Of a stretch of DNA of 24,372 nt, positions 9,459-16,979 are shown in pieces. The stretch's first letter is position 1, and every line of letters begins with the position of its first letter. The notes under the pieces were generated by a model. It worked only from the letters and a program-made list of their open reading frames with translations. It made no database searches and was not told the DNA's origin. A program made the translations under genes and the position numbers. This stretch comes from Candidatus Fraserbacteria bacterium (GTDB lineage Bacteria > Bipolaricaulota > Bipolaricaulia > RBG-16-55-9 > JANLFV01), in the NCBI GenBank assembly GCA_037446135.1, contig JBBIJD010000021.1, positions 1 through 24,372 of the forward strand. Direction: 5' to 3'.

Positions 9459-9886
9459 ACCTCACCTCCGAGGGCCAAGCGCCGGCGCAAGCGGGTCTTG
9501 AGCGGGAGCTTATGATCGACTAACTCCGCGATCTCCCGGGCCTTCGCTTGCTCGACCCCCGCCAGCTCGAAGAGGATCCGCCCCGGGAGGACGACGGCCA
9601 CCCACTGCTCGGGATTCCCCTTCCCCCCGCCCATCCTCGTCTCCGCGGGGGTCTTTGTGACCGGCTTATCGGGGAAGATCCTGATCCAGACCTTACCCCC
9701 CCTCCCTAGAGCGCGGATGATCGCGGTCCGACAGGCCTCGATCTGCTGGGCGGTGACCCAAGCCGGCTCGAGGGCCTGGATCCCCCAGTCGCCGAAGGCC
9801 ACCTCAGAGCCGGCGAGCGCCTTCCCCTTCCGCCGACCGCGCTGATCCTTCCGGAACTTCCGCCGATTAGGAAAGAGCAGCGGCAT
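9455..9886 (-). CDS. rplP: 50S ribosomal protein L16 (uL16)
   Basis: [46 protein letters not shown]. Start set at ATG 9886 (AGGAG 8 nt upstream) rather than the track's 9895. Confidence 0.97.
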   Translation of the reverse strand: MPLLFPNRRKFRKDQRGRRKGKALAGSEVAFGDWGIQALEPAWVTAQQIEACRTAIIRALGRGGKVWIRIFPDKPVTKTPAETRMGGGKGNPEQWVAVVLPGRILFELAGVEQAKAREIAELVDHKLPLKTRLRRRLALGGEV

Positions 9887-10541
9887 CGCTATCACTCCTG
9901 CTTTGGGGCTCGACCGGGCGGAAGTCGCCGCGGTAGAGCCAGACCTTGATCCCGATCGGGCCGTATTTCGTGGGGGCCTCGGTGAACCCGTAGTCGATGT
10001 CGGCCCGGATCGTTTGCAAGGGAACCCGGCCCGCCCTCTGCTCTACGGAGCGGGCGATCTCGGCCCCCCCGAGCCGCCCCGAGCAGCGGATCTTGACCCC
10101 TTGGGCCCCGTTGGCTGTGACCCGTTCGATGATCTCCTTCATCGCCCGGACTGGGGGGGTCCGGTTCTCGATCCGGAAGGCGACATCCCTGGCGACGAGG
10201 ATCGCCTCCAGATCAGGGTTATCGATCTCCTTGATCGAGATGCGGACCCTCCTTCCGGTCATCTTCTCTAGTGTCGCTTGGAGGCTGTTGATCTCGGTCC
10301 CGCCCCGCCCGATGATGATTCCCGGCCGGGCCGTCCGGATCATGATCGAGACCCGGTCATCGGTCGGGCGCTCGATGTTCACCTCAGCGATCCCCGCGCC
10401 GTGATACTGCTTCTGGATCAGCTCCCTGATCCGATGGTCCTCCAGGAGGTATTCCGGGGCCTTCTTCTCACTGAACCAATTGGACTGCCACTTCCTGTGG
10501 ATCCCCAGCCTGAACCCGATGGGATGCGTCTTTTGGCCCAT
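9867..10541 (-). CDS. rpsC: 30S ribosomal protein S3 (uS3)
   Basis: [26 protein letters not shown] motif, [26 protein letters not shown]. Confidence 0.99.
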   Translation of the reverse strand: MGQKTHPIGFRLGIHRKWQSNWFSEKKAPEYLLEDHRIRELIQKQYHGAGIAEVNIERPTDDRVSIMIRTARPGIIIGRGGTEINSLQATLEKMTGRRVRISIKEIDNPDLEAILVARDVAFRIENRTPPVRAMKEIIERVTANGAQGVKIRCSGRLGGAEIARSVEQRAGRVPLQTIRADIDYGFTEAPTKYGPIGIKVWLYRGDFRPVEPQSRSDSDAAALS

Positions 10542-10545
10542 GACC

Positions 10546-10890
10546 CTACTCGCCCTCCTCAGCTTCAGCGACGATGATCGTGATATGGCTCGTCCGATGG
10601 CGGATCATATCGGCCCGCCCGCGCGCACGGGGCTGGACCCGCTTGAGCGAGGGGCCCTCATCGACATAAGCGGCCTTGACGAAGAGCCGGCTCGCATCTA
10701 AGTCATGATTATTCTCAGCGTTGGCGATCGCCGATTCCAGGGTCTTCTGGATGAAGCGGGCCGCCTTCGTCCTGGAGAGGCGGACGAGCTCCAGGGCCCG
10801 GTCCACATCCTTATTCCGGATCTGGTCGATCACCAGCCGCGCCCGCTTCGGCGAGATCCGGACCATCCGCGAGACCGCTTTCACTTCCAT
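10546..10890 (-). CDS. rplV: 50S ribosomal protein L22 (uL22)
   Basis: RISPKRARLVIDQIR, SAIANAENN, VDEGPSLKR..PRARGRA, TSHITI. Confidence 0.98.
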   Translation of the reverse strand: MEVKAVSRMVRISPKRARLVIDQIRNKDVDRALELVRLSRTKAARFIQKTLESAIANAENNHDLDASRLFVKAAYVDEGPSLKRVQPRARGRADMIRHRTSHITIIVAEAEEGE

Positions 10891-10894
10891 CTCT

Positions 10895-11179
10895 TTACTT
10901 CGGCGCCACGGCCTTCTTCTTCTTCACCCCACCATGTTGGCGGAAGGTCCGGGTCGGGGCGAACTCCCCCAGCCGGTGGCCGACCATGTTCTCCGTGATG
11001 TAGACCGGGACATGAGTCCGCCCGTTATGGACCTTGATCGTCAGGCCGACCATCTCGGGGATGATCATCGAGGCTCTCGACCAGGTCTTGATCTCCTGGA
11101 GGTCGCCCCGCTTGAGCCGCTCGATCTTCTCCAAGAGATGGGGCGCGACGAATGGCCCCTTCTTCAGTGACCTCGCCAT
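10895..11179 (-). CDS. rpsS: 30S ribosomal protein S19 (uS19)
   Basis: [48 protein letters not shown]. Confidence 0.99.
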   Translation of the reverse strand: MARSLKKGPFVAPHLLEKIERLKRGDLQEIKTWSRASMIIPEMVGLTIKVHNGRTHVPVYITENMVGHRLGEFAPTRTFRQHGGVKKKKAVAPK

Positions 11180-12021
11180 CAGCGCTTCCTCCTCTCCTCC
11201 CTCGCCCGGCGGAGGATGAGCTTATCGCTCGGCTTATGCTTCTTGCGCGTCCGCGGGCCGTGGGCCAGCTTCCCCGTCGGGGAGACCGGCTGGCGCCCGA
11301 CGCGGTGACGCCCCTCGCCGCCACCGTGCGGGTGGTCGACGGGGTTCATGGTCACCCCACGGACCTTCGGCCGGCGCCCGAGGCGGCGGACCCGCCCGGC
11401 CTGGCCGTGCTTCACATTCTTATGGTCTGGATTGCTCACCTGGCCGATCGTGGCCATACAACTCTCATGGAAGAGGCGGATCTCGCCTGAAGGGAGCCGA
11501 AGCTGGGCCATTCCCCCCTCGAGGCCCATCACCTGGGCCGCGGCCCCGGCGGCTCGGGCGACCCGCCCGCCGCTTTTGGGGGCGAGCTCGACATTGTGGA
11601 CGAGGGTCCCCGGCGGGATCTTCTTCAGTGGGAGGGCGTTCCCCGGCTTGACCTCCGCCTCCTCACCGGCCTCGACTGTCTCCCCGAGCTCCAGCTTGAG
11701 CGGGGCGAGGATATACCGTTTCTCCCCGTCGGCATAGTGGAGGAGGGTGATCCAAGCCGAGCGGTTGGGGTCATACTCCCGGGAGACGACCTTGGCGGGG
11801 ATCCCCAGCTTATCCCGCTGGAAGTCGATCAATCGGTAGAACCGCTTGTTCCCGCCCCCGCGGTGGCGGACGGTGATCTTCCCCTGGTTGTTCCGGCCGC
11901 CATTCTTGTGGAGCGGGACGAGGAGGCTCTCTTCCGGCTCCTCAGTCGTGAACTCGGAATAGTCCGGCCACTCCGCATGGCGGAGGCCCGGCGAGGTCGG
12001 CTTAAATTTCTTCAGTCCCAT
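11179..12021 (-). CDS. rplB: 50S ribosomal protein L2 (uL2)
   Basis: [54 protein letters not shown]. Confidence 0.99.
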   Translation of the reverse strand: MGLKKFKPTSPGLRHAEWPDYSEFTTEEPEESLLVPLHKNGGRNNQGKITVRHRGGGNKRFYRLIDFQRDKLGIPAKVVSREYDPNRSAWITLLHYADGEKRYILAPLKLELGETVEAGEEAEVKPGNALPLKKIPPGTLVHNVELAPKSGGRVARAAGAAAQVMGLEGGMAQLRLPSGEIRLFHESCMATIGQVSNPDHKNVKHGQAGRVRRLGRRPKVRGVTMNPVDHPHGGGEGRHRVGRQPVSPTGKLAHGPRTRKKHKPSDKLILRRAREERRKR

Positions 12022-12036
12022 AAGAAACGCCTCTCT

Positions 12037-12321
12037 CTATTGATACATCTCGATCCGGTCACCCTCAGCCAGCCGGACGAGGGCCTTCTTCCAATGGGGG
12101 GTTCGCCCCCGCTGGTAGAACCGCTGCCGTCGCGGCTTCCCCGGCATATTCATCGTCCGGACGGCGATGACCCGGACCTTGAAGAGCTCCTCCACTGCCC
12201 GTTTGATCTGCTGTTTGCTCGCCTCCGGGCGGACGCGAAATACATAGATATTGCTCTCCTGGAGGCGCCAGCCCTCCTCACTCACCAGTGGGGCCACCAA
12301 GATCTCCTCAGGGTGTTCCAT
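12037..12321 (-). CDS. rplW: 50S ribosomal protein L23 (uL23)
   Basis: APLVSE, YVFRV...ASKQQIKRAVEELFKVRV..VRT, WKKALVRL. Confidence 0.97.
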   Translation of the reverse strand: MEHPEEILVAPLVSEEGWRLQESNIYVFRVRPEASKQQIKRAVEELFKVRVIAVRTMNMPGKPRRQRFYQRGRTPHWKKALVRLAEGDRIEMYQ

Positions 12322-12325
12322 TAGC

Positions 12326-12964
12326 TCAGCACAACCTCGCTTTCAGTTCCTCGAGGGCCCCGTGGGTGAGGAGCAGGCGCTCATATTTTAACAACTCGTA
12401 GACATTCGCTCCAGCGGCGGGGAGGCACTTGGCCCAGGGGATGTTGCTGAAGGACTTCCTCACTGGGAGAGTATCCTCCTCCTTCGAGACCAGGATGAGG
12501 ACCTTCTCCTCCCCGTGGTCGTAGCCCAGGCTCCCGAGGAGGCGGAGGGCCTCCTTCGTCTTGGGGAAAGCAAAGGAGAGCCCCTCGAGGAGGATCAGTT
12601 GGTTCTCCCTGACCTTGGCGGTGAGGGCCATCCTCAAGCCCTTCCGGCGCATCTTCTTCGGGAGCTCATACTCGTATTCTCGAGGCTTCGGCCCGAAGGT
12701 GACCCCTCCGCCCCGCCAGATCGGGGAGCGGCGTGAACCCTGGCGTGCCCGCCCGGTGTGCTTCTGGCGCCAGGGCTTCCGGCCTCCGCCGCGGACCTCC
12801 CCACGAGTCTTCGTCGAGGCCGTCCCCCGCCGCCGATTGACCAGGGAATACTGGACCGCCCGGTGGAGGAGGTCCGGGTCGACTTTCTCCTCCAGGAGGC
12901 AGGGGGGGAACTCCACCTCGCCCCCCTCCGTCCCGTCGCTCTTGTATAGCTTAACCTTTCCCAT
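12326..12964 (-). CDS. rplD: 50S ribosomal protein L4 (uL4)
   Basis: RRGTASTKTRGEVRGGGRKPWRQKHTGRARQGS.RSPIWRGGG..FGPKPR. Confidence 0.99.
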   Translation of the reverse strand: MGKVKLYKSDGTEGGEVEFPPCLLEEKVDPDLLHRAVQYSLVNRRRGTASTKTRGEVRGGGRKPWRQKHTGRARQGSRRSPIWRGGGVTFGPKPREYEYELPKKMRRKGLRMALTAKVRENQLILLEGLSFAFPKTKEALRLLGSLGYDHGEEKVLILVSKEEDTLPVRKSFSNIPWAKCLPAAGANVYELLKYERLLLTHGALEELKARLC

Positions 12965-13601
12965 TGGCTTGAGGCCGCGCCTCCTTCCTCAATTCTAAGA
13001 GCTCGCGCCTCGCCCCGGGGACCGCCCCTCTGACGATCAGGAGGTGTCGCTCAGGATCGACCTTCAGGACCTTCACGCCCTTGAGTGTGACCCGCTCGTT
13101 CCCCGTCCGCCCAGCCATCTTCTGCCCCTTGAAGACCCTCCCCGTCCCGCGGATCGTCCCGATCGAGCCTGGCCGGCGGCGGAAGTTCGAGCCGTGGGAT
13201 TTTGGCCCGCCACGGAAGCCCCATCTCTTCATCGGCCCCTGGAAGCCCTTCCCCTTAGTCCGGCCGCTGACGATGATCTCCTCCCCCACCTGGAAGAGCT
13301 CCACCCCCAGTTCTTGGCCCGGCTTGAACTGCGTGGGATCTGGGACACGGACCTCGCGGAGGAAGCGGCGCGGCGTGACCCCCGCCGCCTTGAAATGGCC
13401 CAAGAGCGGCTTGGTCAGCCGCCGCTCCTTGACCTCGCCCCAGCCGAGCTGGATCGCATTATAGCCGTCCTTCTCTTCCGTCTTCACCTGGACCACGACC
13501 GAAGGAGGGGCATGGATCACCGTCGCTGCGAGGGCCCGACCGTCCTCGGAGAAGAGTTGGACCATCCCCAACTTCCGCCCCAAGATCCCTAGCGTCTTCA
13601 T
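12951..13601 (-). CDS. rplC: 50S ribosomal protein L3 (uL3)
   Basis: GRKLGM, DGYNAIQLG, TKGKGFQG..KRWGF..GPKSHGS..RRPGSIG, KGQKMAG, GAVPG. Confidence 0.99.
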   Translation of the reverse strand: MKTLGILGRKLGMVQLFSEDGRALAATVIHAPPSVVVQVKTEEKDGYNAIQLGWGEVKERRLTKPLLGHFKAAGVTPRRFLREVRVPDPTQFKPGQELGVELFQVGEEIIVSGRTKGKGFQGPMKRWGFRGGPKSHGSNFRRRPGSIGTIRGTGRVFKGQKMAGRTGNERVTLKGVKVLKVDPERHLLIVRGAVPGARRELLELRKEARPQANGKG

Positions 13602-13906
13602 AGCTTGACCTCGATGTCGATCCCCGTCGGGAGTTCGATATCCATGAGGGAGTTGATCGTCTCCGAGGTCGGCTCGCGGATGTCGAGGAGCCGCTTATGG
13701 ATCCGGCGCTCGAAGTGCTCCATCGACTTCTTGTTCACATGGGGTGAGCGCAGGACCGTGTAGCGCCTCGTCTCGCTGGGGAGTGGGATCGGGCCGGAGA
13801 TCTTGGCCCTGGACTCCAGGGCGGTCTTGATGATCCGCTTGATCGCCTCGTCGACTAGCTCATGGTCATAACCCTTGACCCTGATCCTGATCTTCTCCCT
13901 TGCCAT
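13598..13906 (-). CDS. rpsJ: 30S ribosomal protein S10 (uS10)
   Basis: KIRIR.KGYDH, SGPIPLP, TVLRSPHVNKKS.EHFE.RIHKRLLDI. Confidence 0.99.
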   Translation of the reverse strand: MAREKIRIRVKGYDHELVDEAIKRIIKTALESRAKISGPIPLPSETRRYTVLRSPHVNKKSMEHFERRIHKRLLDIREPTSETINSLMDIELPTGIDIEVKL

Positions 13907-13909
13907 CGC

Positions 13910-16003
13910 CTAGCGCCCTTTGAGGACTTCCTCCTTTCTGCTAGAAGGGACGAGCTCGTAACGCGCGAACTTCAGGGAGTAGACCGCCCGCCCCTGGGTG
14001 AGCGACCGGAGCCTCGTAGCGTAACCGAAGGTCTCGGCTAGGGGGATCTCCGCCCGGACGATCTGGGTCGAGTTCCGGCTCTCGATCGCCTTGATCTCCC
14101 CCCGCCGGACCTTGACATCATCGACCACCTCGCCGAGGTATTCGTTGGGGGAGATGATTTCGACCTCCATGATCGGCTCGAGGAGCTCGGCTCCACCCTG
14201 GCTCAGCGCCTTGTGGAGGGCGCGTGCTCCGGCGGTCTTGAAGGCCAAGTCCGAGGAGTCGACCGGATGGAACGAGCCGCCGATGAGGGTGGCCTTGAGG
14301 TCCACCACGGGGTAGCCGCCGAGCGGGCCGCTCTGCATCGCCTCCTCGATCCCCTCACGGACCGCGGGGATGAACTCCTGGGGGATCGCCCCCCCCTTGA
14401 CCCGGTCCTCGAAGACGAAGCCCTCTCCCCGCCCGAGCGGCTCAAATTTGATGAGCACATGGGCATACTGCCCCCTCCCACCGGTCTGCTTGATGAAGCG
14501 CTCCTCCACTTCAACCGGCTGGACGAGTGTCTCCTTGTAGGCCACCTCGGGCTTGCCGACATGGGCTGTGACCTTGAAGTCCCGCGTCAGGCGGTGGATG
14601 AGGATCTCCAGGTGGAGCTCGCCCATCCCGGAGATGATCGTCTGGTTCGTCTCGGAGTCGACGCGGAACTTGAAAGTCGGGTCCTCTTGGGCCAGCTTGT
14701 GCAGGGCCTCGGTGAGCCGCTTCTCCTCCGATTCGGTCTGGGGCTCGATCGCCGCGGAGAGGACCGGTTCGGGGAACTCGATCCTCTCCAAGATGATCGG
14801 GTCTCGGGGGTCACAGAGGGTGTCCCCGGTCGAGAGCTCGTGCGGCCCGACGACGGCCACGATATCCCCAGCGGAGGCCGCCTCGATCTCCGTCCGGTCA
14901 TTCGCATGCATATGGAAGATCCTGGAGATCCGCTCTTTCACCCCTCTCGTGGAGTTGAGGAGGGTCGCACCCCGCTCGAGCCGCCCTGAATAGATCCGCA
15001 GAAAGATGAGCCGCCCCGCATACTCATCAGTCACGACCTTGAAGGCCAGGGCGGCTAGCGGCTCTCCTGGGTCGGCGTGGCGGACCTTCTCGCCTCGGCG
15101 GCGGTCCCCGTTCTGCCCCTCCCACCAGATCCCCCGGATTGGGGGGATATCGAGTGGTGAGGGGAGGAAATCGACGATCGCGTCCAAGAGTGGCTGGATC
15201 CCGATGTTCTTCAAGGAGGCCCCACCGAGGACCGGGACATACCCCTTGAGTGTGGCCCGCCGGATCACAGGGAGGAGTCGCTCCCTGCTCAATTCTCGCC
15301 CCTCCAAGAACTCCATGAGCAGCTCCTCATCAGACTCGGCGAGCCGCTCGATCAGGGTCTCCCGGAAGGCCTTTGCCTCCGCCTCCATCTCCTTTGGGAT
15401 CGGGAGGTATTCATACCGCTCGCCCTGGCTGCTCTCGTCCCAACGGATGAGCTCCATCCTCAAAAGGTCGATCATCCCTTGGAAATCCTGGCCGCTCCCA
15501 TAGGGGATCTGGAGAGGGAGGGGGATAGCATTGAGCCGCTCGCGGATCATCTCCATCGTCTGGGCGAACTGGGCCCCGACCCGATCGAGCTTGTTGATGA
15601 AGGCCAATCTGGGAATCCCGTATTTGTCGGCCTGACGCCAGACCTTCTCCGATTGGGACTCGACCATGTCCACCCCGGAGAAGATGACGATCGCCCCATC
15701 GAGGACCCTCAAGGAGCGCTCGACTTCGGCGGTAAAGTCCACATGGCCGGGGGTATCGATGATGTTGATCCGATGATCTCGCCAGAAGCAGGTGGTCGCG
15801 GCGCTGGTGATGGTGATCCCCCGCTCACGCTCCTCTTCCATCCAATCCATCTCGGTCGTCCCCTCATCGACATTCCCCAGCTTATGGGTCCGCCCGGTGT
15901 AATAGAGGATCCGCTCCGTCGTGGTCGTCTTCCCCGCATCGATGTGGGCGACGAACCCGATGTTCCTGACCCTTTCAATGCGATAATTGTTCTCTTCCAT
16001 CAT
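13910..16003 (-). CDS. fusA: Elongation factor G
   Basis: G1 AHIDAGKTT, G2 RGITI, G3 DTPGH, G4 NKLD, GMGELHLE, KQTGGRGQY, LLEPIM, LRSLTQGR; follows rpsG. Confidence 0.99.
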   Translation of the reverse strand: MMEENNYRIERVRNIGFVAHIDAGKTTTTERILYYTGRTHKLGNVDEGTTEMDWMEEERERGITITSAATTCFWRDHRINIIDTPGHVDFTAEVERSLRVLDGAIVIFSGVDMVESQSEKVWRQADKYGIPRLAFINKLDRVGAQFAQTMEMIRERLNAIPLPLQIPYGSGQDFQGMIDLLRMELIRWDESSQGERYEYLPIPKEMEAEAKAFRETLIERLAESDEELLMEFLEGRELSRERLLPVIRRATLKGYVPVLGGASLKNIGIQPLLDAIVDFLPSPLDIPPIRGIWWEGQNGDRRRGEKVRHADPGEPLAALAFKVVTDEYAGRLIFLRIYSGRLERGATLLNSTRGVKERISRIFHMHANDRTEIEAASAGDIVAVVGPHELSTGDTLCDPRDPIILERIEFPEPVLSAAIEPQTESEEKRLTEALHKLAQEDPTFKFRVDSETNQTIISGMGELHLEILIHRLTRDFKVTAHVGKPEVAYKETLVQPVEVEERFIKQTGGRGQYAHVLIKFEPLGRGEGFVFEDRVKGGAIPQEFIPAVREGIEEAMQSGPLGGYPVVDLKATLIGGSFHPVDSSDLAFKTAGARALHKALSQGGAELLEPIMEVEIISPNEYLGEVVDDVKVRRGEIKAIESRNSTQIVRAEIPLAETFGYATRLRSLTQGRAVYSLKFARYELVPSSRKEEVLKGR

Positions 16004-16023
16004 CGATCCTCACAGCCTGGGGT

Positions 16024-16491
16024 TTACCAGCGGTAGTGGGCGAAGGGCCGACTGGCCTCGGCCATGCGGTGGGCTTCCAGCTTCTTCTCGTAGGCCTTCC
16101 CCTCCTTATTGGCCGCAGCGAGGAGCTCAGCGGCGAGCCGCTCGGCCATCGTCCGCTCACTCCGGGCGCGAGCCGCTTGGACAAGCCAGCGCAGGGCGAG
16201 GGTCCGCTGCCTTTCCGGCGGGACCTCGAAAGGGACCTGGTAGGCCGCCCCGCCGACCCGCCGCGAGCGGGTCTCGAGCCTCGGGGAGCAGTTCTCCAAG
16301 GCCCGATTGAAGAGATCCATCGCATTCTCCCCGCTCTTCTTCTCCACCAGTTCGAAAGCACTATAGACGATCCTCCGGGCGAGCGACTTCTTCCCCTCGC
16401 GCATCACATAGTTGATGAGCTTCTCGACCACCTGGCTGTTGTAGCGCAAGTCTGGGGCGATCTCTCGCCTGGGGAGCACCTTCTCGGCCAT
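16024..16491 (-). CDS. rpsG: 30S ribosomal protein S7 (uS7)
   Basis: LINYVMREGKKS.A, RRVGGAAYQVP, LALRWL, AHRMAEA..FAHYRW; ATG 16491 (or GTG 16494) after GGAGG. Confidence 0.98.
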   Translation of the reverse strand: MAEKVLPRREIAPDLRYNSQVVEKLINYVMREGKKSLARRIVYSAFELVEKKSGENAMDLFNRALENCSPRLETRSRRVGGAAYQVPFEVPPERQRTLALRWLVQAARARSERTMAERLAAELLAAANKEGKAYEKKLEAHRMAEASRPFAHYRW

Positions 16492-16493
16492 CA

Positions 16494-16868
16494 CTAGCCT
16501 CCTCCTCGCTTCGCCCCGTAGAGGGAGCGGCCGCGCTTCCGCCCTTCCACCCCTGCCGCATCGAGAGTCCCGCGGATGATGTGGTAGCGGACGCCGGGGA
16601 GGTCCTTCACCCGCCCCCCGCGGACTAGGACCATCGAGTGCTCCTGGAGGTTATGGCCCTCGCCGGGGATGTAAGCCGTCACATACTGGCCATTGCTGAG
16701 CCGGACGCGAGCGACCTTACGGAGCGCGGAGTTCGGCTTCTTCGGCGTCCGCGTGAAGACCTTGGTGCAAACCCCCCGCTTCTGCGGAGAGCCGGCCAAG
16801 GCAGCCGCCTTCGTCCGCTTCACCTTCTCCTTCCGGCCACGCCGGATCAGTTGACTGATCGTGGGCAT
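16494..16868 (-). CDS. rpsL: 30S ribosomal protein S12 (uS12)
   Basis: [63 protein letters not shown] at 16875-16880. Confidence 0.99.
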   Translation of the reverse strand: MPTISQLIRRGRKEKVKRTKAAALAGSPQKRGVCTKVFTRTPKKPNSALRKVARVRLSNGQYVTAYIPGEGHNLQEHSMVLVRGGRVKDLPGVRYHIIRGTLDAAGVEGRKRGRSLYGAKRGGG

Positions 16869-16935
16869 AAAAGTCCTCCCTAGTAAGCTCGACTATAAAC
16901 GGGGAAGATATCGATAACTCCCTGCCGTGGCCGGT

Positions 16936-16964
16936 ATTATAGAGAAAAAACAGGCCCATGTCAA
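16936..16964 (-). promoter_or_regulatory. Consensus sigma70/sigmaA promoter for the ribosomal superoperon
   Basis: Minus strand TTGACA (16964-16959), 17-nt spacer, TATAAT (16941-16936), in the only sizeable gap (98 nt) upstream of rpsL; predicted TSS near 16929. Confidence 0.92.
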
Positions 16965-16979
16965 GGTCAAGCCGGCCTG
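16945..16979 (-). terminator. Possible weak intrinsic terminator for rpoC, overlapping the rpsL promoter -35
   Basis: Minus strand CAGGCC-(17-nt loop)-GGCCTG followed directly by TTTTTT, spanning the rpoC stop; the loop is large, so support is weak. Confidence 0.4.

Noticed and set aside
16600..16750. Possible streptomycin-resistance alleles in rpsL
   Set aside because: PKKPNSA and RVKDLPG are wild type.
16717..16959. 80-aa minus-strand ORF between rpoC and rpsL (possible L7Ae-like gene)
   Set aside because: It starts inside the promoter, overlaps rpsL out of frame, and has no L7Ae similarity.
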